A DNA stretch of 64,000 bases. Origin: an uncultured bacterium (GTDB taxonomy: Bacteria > Verrucomicrobiota > Verrucomicrobiia > Limisphaerales > UBA8199). A model generated the notes under the pieces. The model did no database searches, was not told where the DNA came from, and saw only the letters and a list, made by a program, of their open reading frames with translations. This document shows positions 31,201-41,219 of the stretch, in pieces. The translations under genes were made by a program, and so were the position numbers. The stretch is from contig CAVVMW010000015.1 in the NCBI GenBank assembly GCA_963749495.1, positions 64,001-128,000 of the forward strand, read 5' to 3'. Position 1 is the stretch's first letter. Each line of letters starts with the position of its first letter.

Positions 31201-31460
31201 CCGCCTTGCACATCAGCCGCGACGAGGCCCGGACCTGGCAAGGCCCCTTCCAGCTCGACACCACCCCGGGTGCCTACCCCTCGACCGTTGAACTCAAGGA
31301 CGGCTCCGTCCTGGCCGTCTATTACGAGGAAGGCCCCAACAGCGCCATCCGCGCCCGCCGCTTCCGCCTCAAGGCGGACGGCATCGAGTTCCTTGATTTC
31401 CCGGCCCCGGACTCCAGCAGGCAACCTCCGAAGCCCTCAAGTGGATCAAATCAGCCATAG
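28287..31460 (+). CDS. Secreted fusion: nucleoside-hydrolase-like domain, GH33 sialidase domain and a second BNR propeller
   Basis: TDLFHPHDDPDDHFD motif, YRIP motif and many Asp boxes (STDNGVSW, SDDNGCTW, STDGGKTW, SRDEGRTW, SPDAGLTW). Confidence 0.85.
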   Translation: MQRLLPLLLTVALLGAPAAGTPVIYCTDLFHPHDDPDDHFDLATLAALPELEVKAILLDQGDKQLKRPGSIPLRQMMRLTGRQTPFAIGLAQRLASPADDGRAQPAEFQGAVELLLKTLRESPEPVTIITAGSVRDLCAAWNREPALFQQKVGRLYLNIGNADSSQSEYNVDLDPRAYIGVLRSGLPIYLCLCLPMQPQGTNAAFSTWWKFRQSEVLDSAPAGLQRYFIYALQRCAPEELDPLKALEADLRPWRRLVWEMDRNMWCTASLLHAAGRTVCRVNGAWTASRQPPSEARAEPVFTFVPARIEVNQSGRTSLLPDAADPNNNLRLFKVLSPENYPRAMRECLRELFRGAAAGPLLTHTDVFSSGKDGYHTYRIPAVEAAPDGSLIAFAEARKYSAEDPGFGKQDIDLVYKRSTDNGVSWSPMTVLEDPGEFWSAANPATVVDRSNGRLWVFYLRSRPQRSTETARPGTDDVQTLARWSDDNGCTWSEPLDLTATGRDMQDGTWRASVPGPGGAIQDRNGRLIVPMWRMPFATFVIYSDDHGSHWQRGQLVPGDQGGDECQVVELADGRILMDIRQEHGPNRWLAQSTDGGKTWADGRPGQGVTPVACAIERFTLLGPGDDRNRLLWTGPRGPDRRRLVIRVSYDEGRTFTLERLVSHDYAAYSDLTILKDKTVGILWERGTDRGYQHITFTRLNREWLEETPAAASPPSSSPHLIISRGQSAGTYQAFPDVCRLTNGDLLCVFYGGYGHVSLPRDDWPRGGRICCVQSRDEGRTWSAPRLLYDGPFDDRDPHIAQMRDGALWCSFFTYRPQPDGKALCDTCLVGSRDGGQTWDTEPQVAASGWPSSAPVRELPDGTRILGVYTEDGPTAYGGVVRSTDAGKTWSAPIPIGKDSGVRLDAETNFVLLKDGTLYAALRGDRVNMHFATSPDAGLTWSPVKDIGFPGHCPHFTRLSTGEILLSHRLPLTALHISRDEARTWQGPFQLDTTPGAYPSTVELKDGSVLAVYYEEGPNSAIRARRFRLKADGIEFLDFPAPDSSRQPPKPSSGSNQP

Positions 31461-31518
31461 ATTGGGCTTGCCTTCTCCCGCCCCGCTCTCCATATTGCCG
31501 CACAAAACGAGACTATTT

Positions 31519-31752
31519 ATGGCTGACGTTGCAAATAAATACCCTGAAAACGTCCCCGGCAAGTATTACGTGGACAACCAGTGCATCAATTGCGATCTCT
31601 GTCGCGAAACGGCGCCGGACAATTTCAAACGCAACGAGGACGGCGGTTATTCCTACGTTTTCAAGCAACCCGAGTCGCCCGAGGAAGAGGGCCGCTGCAA
31701 AGAGGCCAAGGAAGGCTGCCCCGTCGAGGCCATTGGCGACAACGGGGCGTAG
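31519..31752 (+). CDS. Ferredoxin (single cluster)
   Basis: CINCDLC...CPVEAIG; upstream TTGCCT-N17-CATATT. Confidence 0.92.
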   Translation: MADVANKYPENVPGKYYVDNQCINCDLCRETAPDNFKRNEDGGYSYVFKQPESPEEEGRCKEAKEGCPVEAIGDNGA

Positions 31753-31771
31753 TCTGCCGATTCTTTTTTTC

Positions 31772-31805
31772 AGACCCGCGGGCGAGGTCCGCGGGTCTTT
31801 TTTTT
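31772..31805 (+). terminator. Rho-independent terminator
   Basis: AGACCCGCGG-N7-CCGCGGGTCT followed by a T tract. Confidence 0.85.
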
Positions 31806-31860
31806 GCTTCCGCGCCGGAACAGGCTTGGTTAAGCTCGTGTCAAGTAGTGTAATTGTATC

Positions 31861-34003
31861 ATGCTTTTACGAGACCGGCTGACCACCGCGCCGAAAGCGG
31901 CGGCACTGACCGGGCTGTTGTTGGCGGCAATGACCGCCTGCCAGCACACCCCGACTTCGCCGCCGCAGCCGCCGCCCGCCCCGCCACCCAAGGTGGTTTT
32001 CAGCCAATCGCATGACCGGGAGGTCCAGGAGATCCTCGAGTTGGCGCGCCACGACCGGTGGGAAGAGGCCCAGACCAAGGCCAAGGCCCTCTTCCAGAGA
32101 GACCCCAAGAACACCATCGTCTCGCGCATCCATGCCTGGGTCAACCAGCAGGCCCAATTGCGCCGCGCCCAGGCGCTGGAGGACAAGATCCGCGAAATCG
32201 ATGCCAAGAACTCCGTCTTCAGTCCCACGCTCAAGAGCCTGCTGACCGGGCAGAAGGACCGCGGCCTGCCCCCGCGCAAGGACGTGCGCGACGCGGTGGA
32301 CAAGATCGAGAGCACCCCCTACATCCCGGATACCTACGGCAAGACCATTCATGAGCAGGGACCGCTCTTCGACTTCGAGAGCGTCAAGGGCCGCATGTTC
32401 AAGGTCCTGGAGAAGGAGGTCAGCATCAACCTGGACAATGTCCCGCTGGAGACCATCCTGGTCCGCCTGAGCCAGGAGGCCGGCGTGAACATCGTGGCCG
32501 ACAAATCGCTTCCCGCCCTCAAGCAGGTCCTGGGCGTACACCTGGCCAAGGTCAAACTGAGCGAGTTCTTCCGCTACATCGCCCGGAACTACGACTTGCA
32601 GTTTCAGACCGGGCCGAGCTGGTGTGGGTGGTGGACGCCAAAGACCCCAAGCACATCATGGAAGAGACCCGCTTTTACCGCTTGCGCAAGGGCTTCATGC
32701 TGCCGGCCGAGCTCGGCCCGAGGAAGTGAACCGGACGAGCCAGGTGGGCGCCACCGCGGGCACCACCAACATCATGGAACTGACCAAGCTCAACCGCTTC
32801 GTCAATGACGAGGCCCCCGCCGTGCCCTCGCTCGAACGGGCCATCAAAGAGTTGTGCGTTGCCACCAACGGCCTCAAGTATATGATCGATTACGAGCGCA
32901 ACCTGGTGGTGGCGCGCGGCACGCCCGAGCAACTGGAGATGCTCGAAAAGATCATCCGCGAGTTCGATCAACCCATCCAGCAGGTCCTCATCGAGGCCCG
33001 GTTCGTCACCATCTCCAAGCCGGCCTTCATGCAGTTGGGCGTGTTGTGGGAAACGGGCCGCAATCCCAACACGACTCCCCTGGCCCAGGATTTCACCGGC
33101 CTGGTGGGCAACAACAACTTTCCCCTCACCATCGCCCCCGGCCAGAGCGCCGCTCCGGCCGTGGGCCTCGGCGTCCAGGAGACCTTCACCAAGGTCCTGG
33201 GCGCCGAGGACCTCAGCGCCACCATCAGCGCCCTCGAGCAAAGCGGCGAGAGCCAAACCCTCAGCGCCCCGCGCTTGACCGTCCTCAATAACCGCCCCGC
33301 CACAATCAGCGACGGCAAGGTCCAATATTACTACGAGGAATACGCCGTCAAACAAAACGTCGGGCTATACTACACCACCTCCTCCTTTGTCCCCAGCGGC
33401 AAACCCACCAAGATCACCGCCGGGGCCGAACTGGCCGTGATGGCCAGTATCAGCGGCGATGGCAAAAGTATCGTCCTGGCCCTCAACCCCCGCGTCAATA
33501 CCGACGTGCAACTGGTCACCTACGCCACCGTGAGCGACTTTGACCAGACCGGAAAGCTCCAGGACACTTTCGATATCAACCTCCCCCAATTTCGGACCCA
33601 GGAAATCCGCACCCGCATGGTCGTCAAGTCCGGCGAAACCGTCGTCATGGGCGGGGTCCTCGAACGCGAGCGCTCGACCTACGTCGAGTCGGTGCCCGTC
33701 CTGGGTGACATCCCCGTGCTGGGCAACCTCTTCCGCCGCACCACCGAGGTCAATACCCCCCGCTACCTCCTCATCTTCGTCACCGCCACCATTGTCAAGG
33801 ACACGGGCCAGTTCCTCGTCTATGACGAATCCGGCGCCTCCACCAACGCGATCTCGACCAACGCGATTCCCACCGGCCTGATGCCAACCAACGCACCCGC
33901 CCCTGTGGCCTCTCCGGACAGCGTCACCCCGGCCAACCCGCCTCCGCCCAGTGCCGCCCCTTCCACTCCGGCCGACACCAACGCCGTGCCGCCACCCAAA
34001 TGA
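31861..34003 (+). CDS. Lipoprotein secretin (GspD/PilQ family); two frameshifts near 32615 and 32719
   Basis: Lipobox MTAC, QVLIEARFV, LSAPRLTVLNN, SGETVVMGGV, VPVLGDIPVLGNLFR and LLIFVTATI motifs; Pro/Thr-rich tail. Confidence 0.9.
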
Positions 34004-34009
34004 ATCGCT

Positions 34010-35820
34010 GTGTCCAATTTCCTCTCCAGGTTAAGGCTCGGGCAGGTTGACCCGCCCATCCGGAGGGTGCTGGCGCTGGACCCGGGGAGCCGCTGCCTCA
34101 AGCTGCTGCTGGCGGAGAGCGATTTCGGCCGGCTGCGCATCCTCAAGGAGGAATTGATCGATCTCCAGGCGGAGGGCCTGGTGTCGGCCGACGAGACCAA
34201 GGCCCACCTGCAGACGATCCTCTCCGATTGGGGCCGGCCGCCGCTGGCCCTGGCGCTGCCCCAGCACCTCACGATCTCGCAAACCATCGAGTTGGCTGCC
34301 GCCCCGGAAACCGAGGTCCGCAAACTCATCCATGACGAAATCCTCAAACTGAGCGGCGTCAGCGAGTCACGCATTGTCTATGACTTTGTGCGCACCCAGA
34401 CTGCCGCCAGCGGCCGGCAGCAATTCCGGGTGACGCTCTGCCAGGAGAACGACGTGCGCGAGCGTCTCCTGCGGCAGGGGATCGACCAGGAAGACCTGTG
34501 CGAAATCACCAACACGGCCAATGCCCTGGTCAATGCCTACCGGGCCCTCTGCCCGCTCTCTTCGCGCGCCATTCTCATTCACCTGGGCGCACAGACTACC
34601 GTCGTGGTCATCCTGCTGGACGGCCAGGCCGCTTTCGCTGCCAGCTTTCAGATGGGCGGCGATTTCTTCACCCGCTCCCTGGCGCGCACACTGGCCTGCT
34701 CCGAGGAGACTGCCGAATCGGTCAAACGCCAGCGTAATCTCCTGGGCGGGGCGGATGCCTGCCCCGAATTCCTCCCGGTGGTCGATGGCTGGGTGGCCGA
34801 GGTGAAACGGCAATTGAATGACTGGTTCCAACACAACCCGGCGCTGGCCGCCGAGGTGGCCTCTTCGAGCTCATCGCCAGCGGCGGCGGCTTTGACCAAC
34901 CCGGCTTGCTCGAGTATCTCCAGGCCGAGGCGCGGCTCAAGTTCCGGCCCTGGCCCAGGCCGAGCCAGGCCGAAACCGTCGCCCCGGCCAGGGGCTTCGA
35001 GGTGGCATTCGGCGCCGCCCTCCAAGCCCTGGGCCACAGCGTTCAGCCCGTCTCGCTCCTGCCGGAGGATTATCGGGCCAACTGGCAAAAGCGCCTGGTC
35101 CGCCAGCGCATCAACTTGGCCAGCCTGGTCATGGTCCTGGTCTGCGCCCTGCTCCTGATCATCGGCACCTGGCAGAAGATCTCGCTCGGCAGCTACAAGA
35201 GCGGCCTCCTGGCCAAAGTATCCGCCAGCCGGGAGAGTGTCCGCAGCATCGACGGGCTCACGGGACAATTGCTGGCGCAATACCAGGACCTTCGCCCGCT
35301 CCTGGCAGGCCAGCAGTTCACCATCAATGCCCTCAACACCCTGGCCCTGCTGCAGCAGTCCCGCAGCAATCGCAGTCTGTGGTACGTTCTGCTCGCCGAC
35401 CAGCAATCTTACTTCCTGGGGCCCGCCTTCACCTTGACCAATAAACCCCCCGGCACCAATCTCCCCGCCAAACCCCTTTTCGCCGAGCTTGGTCCCGCTG
35501 CAAATCCCTCTCTCGCCAGGCCGGGCCTCATCGCCGAACTGTGCGTCCCGGAAACACCCGACACCGCCCGCGGCATCCTTAGCGAACTGGTCAACGATCT
35601 GAAACGGCAGCCCCTCTTCTCGAAGGTGGACCAACTCTCCGAGGACCAGCGACGGGGTCTGGCCAATCCCAAAGTCGTCGTCCCCAACCGGCATTTCGTC
35701 CTCGAGCTGGATTTTGCGGCCGCCGACTTCGAGCAACCCCTGCCGGCCAAGCGCCCGCCCGCCGCACCGCCCGGCTCCCGCGCACCCGCCTCCGCCGGCA
35801 GGACCGGGCCCCACCGATGA
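34010..35820 (+). CDS. PilM-like actin-fold domain fused to a PilN-like membrane/periplasmic part (frameshift near 34862)
   Basis: LALDPGS, HLGAQTT, MGGDFFT, SGGG, VAFGAAL and VSLLP motifs, then one TM helix and a coiled coil. Confidence 0.75.
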
Positions 35821-36674
35821 TCTTCAAGCTCCAGGAATACAAACGCCGCGCCATCCTCCCCTTTGCCGGGCTGGTCCTGGCAGGCTATTATGTCCTGGTT
35901 TTCCTGCCGCTGGCCCATCACACAAGGGGCCTGGATGCCCCGTTGCAGCAGCAGTGGAACGGCCTGGCACTCTCGCTGGGCCTGACCAACACCGATACCC
36001 TGGATTTTCAACGCATCACCAACCAACTCAGTCAGACCCGCCAGGCCCTGGCCCGGCTCCAGGAGGCCCGGAAGAAGGCCGCCGCGCGCTTCGACCTGGG
36101 CTCCGCCTTGCGCGCCAAAATGAACCCGCCCTTCCAGCTCTATGAGTTCGAGTACGAGCGCGGCAAGCGGAGGGACGAGTTGGCCGGCCTGGCCAAGGCC
36201 CGGCAAGTGGCCCTCGACGCCCCCGTGCTGGACGGTTTGCCCGAATACACCCTCGATGTGCGGCAGCCCGCCCTGCTCTGGCCGGCCCTGGCGATGGTCA
36301 ATGGATTCCTCAACCTGGCCGTTGAGTCCAAGGTCAGCGCCATTCACTGCCTGGAATCGTCCTTGGCCTTCACCAATGCCTGGACTCCATCTTCGGCCTC
36401 GCCATCCAGTTCGAGCGGCAGCGCCGCGGCTCGTGTGGCTCCAATTCCCTTTCAAGTCGAGTTGACCGGACCGGTGGCCGGGGTGCTCCGGCTGCTCCAG
36501 GGCCTGCCGTTGCGGGAGGAGGAACTGCGCGCCGTCGGCTTCACCAACGCCCCCGCCGGCAAGTTGCCGCTCCTGCTCGACCGGCTCATCATCCGCAAAC
36601 AATCGCCCGACAAACCCGACGAGGTCCGCGTTGCTTTGCGCCTCGTCGGCTTCGTCTTCCAGGACTGGCGATGA
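35817..36674 (+). CDS. PilO/GspM-like bitopic membrane protein
   Basis: N-terminal TM helix, coiled coil and ferredoxin-like C-terminus; operon position with ATGA overlaps. Confidence 0.55.
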   Translation: MIFKLQEYKRRAILPFAGLVLAGYYVLVFLPLAHHTRGLDAPLQQQWNGLALSLGLTNTDTLDFQRITNQLSQTRQALARLQEARKKAAARFDLGSALRAKMNPPFQLYEFEYERGKRRDELAGLAKARQVALDAPVLDGLPEYTLDVRQPALLWPALAMVNGFLNLAVESKVSAIHCLESSLAFTNAWTPSSASPSSSSGSAAARVAPIPFQVELTGPVAGVLRLLQGLPLREEELRAVGFTNAPAGKLPLLLDRLIIRKQSPDKPDEVRVALRLVGFVFQDWR

Positions 36675-37198
36675 GACCTGCCCTCATCCAGACGTTGCGG
36701 AGCCGCTCGTTCGGCAGCCTGGTGCACCTGGGCCTGTGGTTGCTCCTCTACCTGGCCGTGGCTGGCCTCGGCGGCAAGGCCCCGGGCTTGCGGGAAGTCC
36801 ATTCCACCGACGCCCCGACCCCGAACCTGTTGCCCGCCGCGCGGCTCCAGCGCCTCTTTGCGCCGGATGTCTGGCCGGCATTCCCTGCCCAAACCAACAC
36901 CCTGAACCCCTTCTTCACCCGCTACTTCATCCCGGTCCAGCAGCCTCCGGCCCCGCCGCCCACCACCCGCGATATCGAGCTGACCTACTTGGGCTTTTTC
37001 CAGGTCGCCGACGGCCCCAAATACGCCATGGTCAAGATGGGCGAGGCCTTCCTGGTCGCCCAGATCGGCTCCAATCTCACCGCCAACCTCTTTGCCGCCC
37101 GTGCCTCGGCCACCAACCTGACCTTGACCAATCTCACCGCTCAAACCAACCTGCTCCAGCTCAACACTACCAATCAACTCAAAGTGCCCATCCGATGA
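36671..37198 (+). CDS. Hypothetical membrane-anchored protein (PilP/GspC position)
   Basis: TM helix, NPF motif, Pro-rich linker and beta-rich domain (LTYLGF); coupled on both sides. Confidence 0.6.
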   Translation: MRPALIQTLRSRSFGSLVHLGLWLLLYLAVAGLGGKAPGLREVHSTDAPTPNLLPAARLQRLFAPDVWPAFPAQTNTLNPFFTRYFIPVQQPPAPPPTTRDIELTYLGFFQVADGPKYAMVKMGEAFLVAQIGSNLTANLFAARASATNLTLTNLTAQTNLLQLNTTNQLKVPIR

Positions 37199-38940
37199 AC
37201 GCAAGCCCCGGAGCGGCCCAGAAAGAAGCCGGCAACCTCCTCCTGGCCCAAGGCAAGCTCTCCGAGCAGCAGCTCGAACAGGTCCGCCGACGTCAGCGCC
37301 GGCTCAACCTGCCCCAGCACCGCGCCATCGTTGACCTGAACTTCGCCTCGGAGGAAGATACCTGGCGCGCCCTGGCGGCCGCCAACCACCTCGATTTCGT
37401 GGACCCCGTTGCCCTCGACCTGGGCCGCGCCACGCTGGACCTTGTCCCCATCAAGTTCATCCTCCACTACCACCTCCTGCCAGTGGGCGCCGAGGCCGAT
37501 GGCCTGATCCTGGCCTTCACCGAACCGCCACGCCAGATGGAACAGGCCCTGGGCCTGGTCCTGGGCAAACGCTTCCGCGCCGTCCTGGCCACCCCCAGCT
37601 CCATCCACGCCGTCATCAAAAAACACTTCGGCCTGGGCGCCGAGACCATCCAGAAATTGCGCGAGGAGCGCGGCGGCGGCGAACTCACCCAGGAAATCGT
37701 CTTCAACGTCCAAGGCAAGGAGACCGATTCCGCCCTCGAAGCCACCGTCTCCGCCTTCGTCGACCAGATCCTCAACGAGGCCCTCCGCCTCAAGGCAACC
37801 GACATCCACCTGGAGCCCTACGCCAACTCGATCCGCCTGCGCTACCGCATCAACGGCTTCCTCGAAAATGTCCCCCTCCCGGCCGATATGCACCTGCTCC
37901 ACTCGGCCGTGGTCTCCCGGCTCAAGATCATGGCCGGGCTGAACATCGCCGAGAAACGGCTCCCTCACGATGGCCGCATCGCCATGAAAACCGGCGAGGA
38001 GGAGTACGACTTGCGGGTCTCGATCATGCCCACCAAGTACGGCGAAGCCGTCTGCCTCCGCATCCTGGGCCGGCAGAGCCTGTTCCTGGACCTCGGCCAG
38101 CTTGGCATGGAACCTAACCAGGAGGCCCTCTTTGCCCAGTTGATCGGCCTGCCCCAGGGCCTGGTCCTGCTCACCGGCCCTACCGGCAGCGGCAAGACCA
38201 CCACCCTCTACACCGCCCTGGCCCAGGCCAACGACGAAAAACGCAAGATCGTCACCTTCGAGGACCCCATCGAATACCAACTCGAGGGCACTGTCCAAAT
38301 TCAGGTCCGCGACCAGATCGGCCTCACCTTCGCCACCGGCCTCCGCTCCGTCCTGCGCCATGACCCCAACGTCGTCCTGGTCGGCGAAATCCGCGACTTC
38401 GAGACCGCCGAGATCGCCGTGCGCGCCGCCCAGACCGGCCACCTGGTCTTCTCGACCCTCCACACCAACGACAGCATCGGCGCCGTGACCCGCCTGCTCG
38501 AAATGCGCATCGAGCCTTATCTCATTGCCGCCTCGCTGGTCTGCAGCCTCTCCCAGAGACTGGCCCGGCGCATCTGCCGCCACTGCGCCGAACCCAACCT
38601 CGCCATCCCGGACCACACCCGCCAGGAAATGGCCGCCGCCCTGGCGCTGCCGCCCCAGGAGGTCCGCGCTTGGAAGGGCCGCGGGTGCGTCGAGTGCAAC
38701 CAACGCGGCTACCGCGGCCGCGTCGCCATCTATGAGTTCTTCCTCCTCGACGAGGCCGTGGCCAACCTCATCCGCCCCGGGCTCCGCACCGCTGAACTGC
38801 GGCAGGCGGCACGCCGGCTCGGCTGGCGCTCGCTCCGTGACATGGCCTGGCTCAAAGTCCAGCGCGGCCTCATCCCGATTACCGAACAGGACCGCTGGAC
38901 CCGGCTGATCGACCCGGCGGCTTTGGCCCAGAAACACTGA
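37195..38940 (+). CDS. GspE/PilB family assembly ATPase
   Basis: ATDIHLEP, GPTGSGKTTT, EDPIE, LVGEIRD, TGHLVFSTLHTND, CxxC...CxxC and GYRGR motifs. Confidence 0.95.
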   Translation: MNASPGAAQKEAGNLLLAQGKLSEQQLEQVRRRQRRLNLPQHRAIVDLNFASEEDTWRALAAANHLDFVDPVALDLGRATLDLVPIKFILHYHLLPVGAEADGLILAFTEPPRQMEQALGLVLGKRFRAVLATPSSIHAVIKKHFGLGAETIQKLREERGGGELTQEIVFNVQGKETDSALEATVSAFVDQILNEALRLKATDIHLEPYANSIRLRYRINGFLENVPLPADMHLLHSAVVSRLKIMAGLNIAEKRLPHDGRIAMKTGEEEYDLRVSIMPTKYGEAVCLRILGRQSLFLDLGQLGMEPNQEALFAQLIGLPQGLVLLTGPTGSGKTTTLYTALAQANDEKRKIVTFEDPIEYQLEGTVQIQVRDQIGLTFATGLRSVLRHDPNVVLVGEIRDFETAEIAVRAAQTGHLVFSTLHTNDSIGAVTRLLEMRIEPYLIAASLVCSLSQRLARRICRHCAEPNLAIPDHTRQEMAAALALPPQEVRAWKGRGCVECNQRGYRGRVAIYEFFLLDEAVANLIRPGLRTAELRQAARRLGWRSLRDMAWLKVQRGLIPITEQDRWTRLIDPAALAQKH

Positions 38941-38974
38941 TCTGTTTTTGGCGGGGACCCAGGGCGGCGGCCTA

Positions 38975-39112
38975 CTGCACCCGACTTTGGACGACTTCCG
39001 TATCTTTGTCGCAGCCTTTGTCGAAGCCTTTGTCGAGCTCAGCCCGATTTCGACAAAGGACTCGACAAAGGCTGCGACAAAGGTCGTGAACGTCGCTCAA
39101 AGTCCGGTGCAG
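38975..39112. mobile_element. 138-bp MITE-like element with TA flanks, carrying the 12-mer palindromic array
   Basis: TA|CTGCACCCGACTTTG...CAAAGTCCGGTGCAG|TA, a 14/15 inverted repeat. Homologue at 45115. Confidence 0.8.
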
Positions 39113-39164
39113 TAGGGCGGCGTTCGAGACTTGCCTGCGCACCCGACCAGCATAGACTCTGGCC

Positions 39165-40172
39165 GTGAGTTTGCATTTTGTGGGACAATTCCCCGAGTAT
39201 CGCCCCCGCCGGCTGCGCCAATCGCCGCTGCTGCGGGAGATGGTGCGGGAGACGCGCCTGCACGCAGGGCAGTTGGTCTGGCCGATGTTCGCGCGCGGCG
39301 GCAAGAAACTGCGCCGGCCCATCGCGGCCATGCCGGGGGTCTTCCAACTCTCCCCGGATGAGCTGGTGCGTGAAGCGGCCCAGGCCCACGCGCTGGGCGT
39401 CCCGGCGGTGCTGCTCTTCGGCATTCCGGACGCCAAGGACGAGCAGGCCTCCGGTGCTTACGCCGCCAAGGGCATCGTCCAGCAGGCCGTGCGGCTCCTC
39501 AAGAAGGAACTGCCACGCCTGCTCGTCATCACCGATGTCTGCCTCTGCGAGTACATGTCCCACGGCCATTGCGGCATCGTGCGCCCCAACCCGGCCGGGG
39601 GCGAAATCCTCAACGACCCCAGCCTCAAGCTCCTGGCACGCGCCGCCGCCAGCCACGTCGAGGCCGGCGCCGACATCGTGGCGCCCAGCGACATGATGGA
39701 CGGCCGCGTGCGGGCCATACGCGCGCAACTGGATCAACTGGGTTTCATCAATACACCTATACTTTCCTATGCCGCCAAGTTCGCCTCGGCCTTCTATGGC
39801 CCGTTCCGCGAGGCCGCCGAATCCGCCCCGAAATTCGGCGACCGGCGCAGCTACCAGATGGATGCCGCCAACGCCAACGAGGCCCTGCGCGAGGTGGCCC
39901 TCGACATCCAGGAAGGGGCCGACATCGTCATGGTCAAGCCCGCCCTGGCCTACCTGGACATCCTCCACCGCGTCAAAACCGAGTTCGGCTATCCCACCGC
40001 CGCCTACGCCGTCAGCGCCGAATACTCCATGGTCAAGGCCGCCGCCGCAAACGGCTGGATCGATGAGCGGGCCGTCACCCTGGAGAGCCTCCTGGCCATG
40101 CGCCGCGCCGGCGCCGACATCCTCATCACCTACGCCGCCCCCCAGGCCGCCAAGTGGCTAAGAGAAGGCTGA
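39165..40172 (+). CDS. hemB: Porphobilinogen synthase
   Basis: RPRRLR, DVCLCEYMSHGHCG, APSDMMDGR, FYGPFR, GDRRSYQMD and MVKP motifs. Confidence 0.97.
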   Translation: MSLHFVGQFPEYRPRRLRQSPLLREMVRETRLHAGQLVWPMFARGGKKLRRPIAAMPGVFQLSPDELVREAAQAHALGVPAVLLFGIPDAKDEQASGAYAAKGIVQQAVRLLKKELPRLLVITDVCLCEYMSHGHCGIVRPNPAGGEILNDPSLKLLARAAASHVEAGADIVAPSDMMDGRVRAIRAQLDQLGFINTPILSYAAKFASAFYGPFREAAESAPKFGDRRSYQMDAANANEALREVALDIQEGADIVMVKPALAYLDILHRVKTEFGYPTAAYAVSAEYSMVKAAAANGWIDERAVTLESLLAMRRAGADILITYAAPQAAKWLREG

Positions 40173-40345
40173 AGGCTGAAGGCTGAAGGCTAAAGGCTAA
40201 AGGACCGAGCCGACGTGCCCTGGCGCACCGCATTCCGACACCGCCCGCAAATTCCTTTGCCCGCGCGGAGCGCGGCACTCTCCGAGCCCCGAAGGGGCGG
40301 CAAGATAATAGCCCAGGGCAAGGCCCGCCGGAGCGCAGCGCAGGC
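40164..40345. repeat. (AAGGCTG/A)n heptamers plus REP-like hairpins
   Basis: Heptamers at 40164-40202, then GCCCCGAAGGGGC and GCCCAGGGC...GCCCTGGG hairpins. Confidence 0.75.
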
Positions 40346-40516
40346 GGGCCGCCGCCCTGGGTACTGGACAAAAACAAATCACCCCCCTCCCATGCGCTCT
40401 GAGCGCATGGGAGGGGGGAAGGGGGGTGGGGTTCTCTCCACACTCGGCGGGGCAGTGACAGGATGCGCCGCAGGCACGCTCTCTCACTCCTTTAGCCCTT
40501 TTTCGCCTTCCTTTCG

Positions 40517-41035
40517 TCAGCGCGTATTAGACTGGAGGATCATGTACACGATCACCCCGATTAGCACGACGGCGAAGGCAGCGGCGGCGGTCCAGAAGAT
40601 CCGGTTGGCCTTGTTGGTCTTCTTGGCGAAGCCGCTGCTGGCGGTGTCGAATCCGCCGGCTCCAGTGCCGTGCTCGACCAGTTCGTTGAGGCTCACGCCC
40701 CGTTGCATCACCATGGTCTGATCCAGCTTCTTGGACGGCCCCGGCACGGTGTCGGGCTCCAGCCGCATTTCCACCTGGCCCAGGCGCACGATCTGACCCG
40801 GTTTGATGGCGGCCTCGCTGACCCGTTCCCCACCGACGTAGGTCCCGTTGGTCGAGTTGAGGTCGCGGACGAGGACCTCGTTCCCCTTGAGCACGACCTC
40901 GCAATGATGGCCGGAGACTGAGGGCTCCGCCACCTGGAAGGTGTTGTCCTCGAGGCGGCCGATGGTGGTCTTCTGGGCCTTGAGTTCATGAGTCCGGCCG
41001 GTCATGCCCACGCTCAGGAGAACGAGTTTCGCCAT
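40517..41035 (-). CDS. FHA domain protein with a C-terminal TM anchor
   Basis: IGR, SVSGHH and DLNSTNGT motifs. Confidence 0.92.
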   Translation of the reverse strand: MAKLVLLSVGMTGRTHELKAQKTTIGRLEDNTFQVAEPSVSGHHCEVVLKGNEVLVRDLNSTNGTYVGGERVSEAAIKPGQIVRLGQVEMRLEPDTVPGPSKKLDQTMVMQRGVSLNELVEHGTGAGGFDTASSGFAKKTNKANRIFWTAAAAFAVVLIGVIVYMILQSNTR

Positions 41036-41103
41036 AGTAATTACTAGTTAGCGCGATTATCGCCATGGATCTGCCCAAGTCAAACGGAAATGCAGCAGCC
41101 GGT

Positions 41104-41219
41104 TAAAGGCTGAAGGCTAAAGGCTAAAGGCTAAAGGCTAAAGGCTAAAGTACGGACCCTGCGCTCCCCAGCCTCCCCGCCTCAGCCTTTAGCCTTTAGC
41201 CTTCAGCCTTTAGCCTTTT
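41104..41219. repeat. Inverted (AAAGGCT)n/(AGCCTTT)n arrays
   Basis: Same unit and arrangement as at 9825-10015. Confidence 0.9.
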
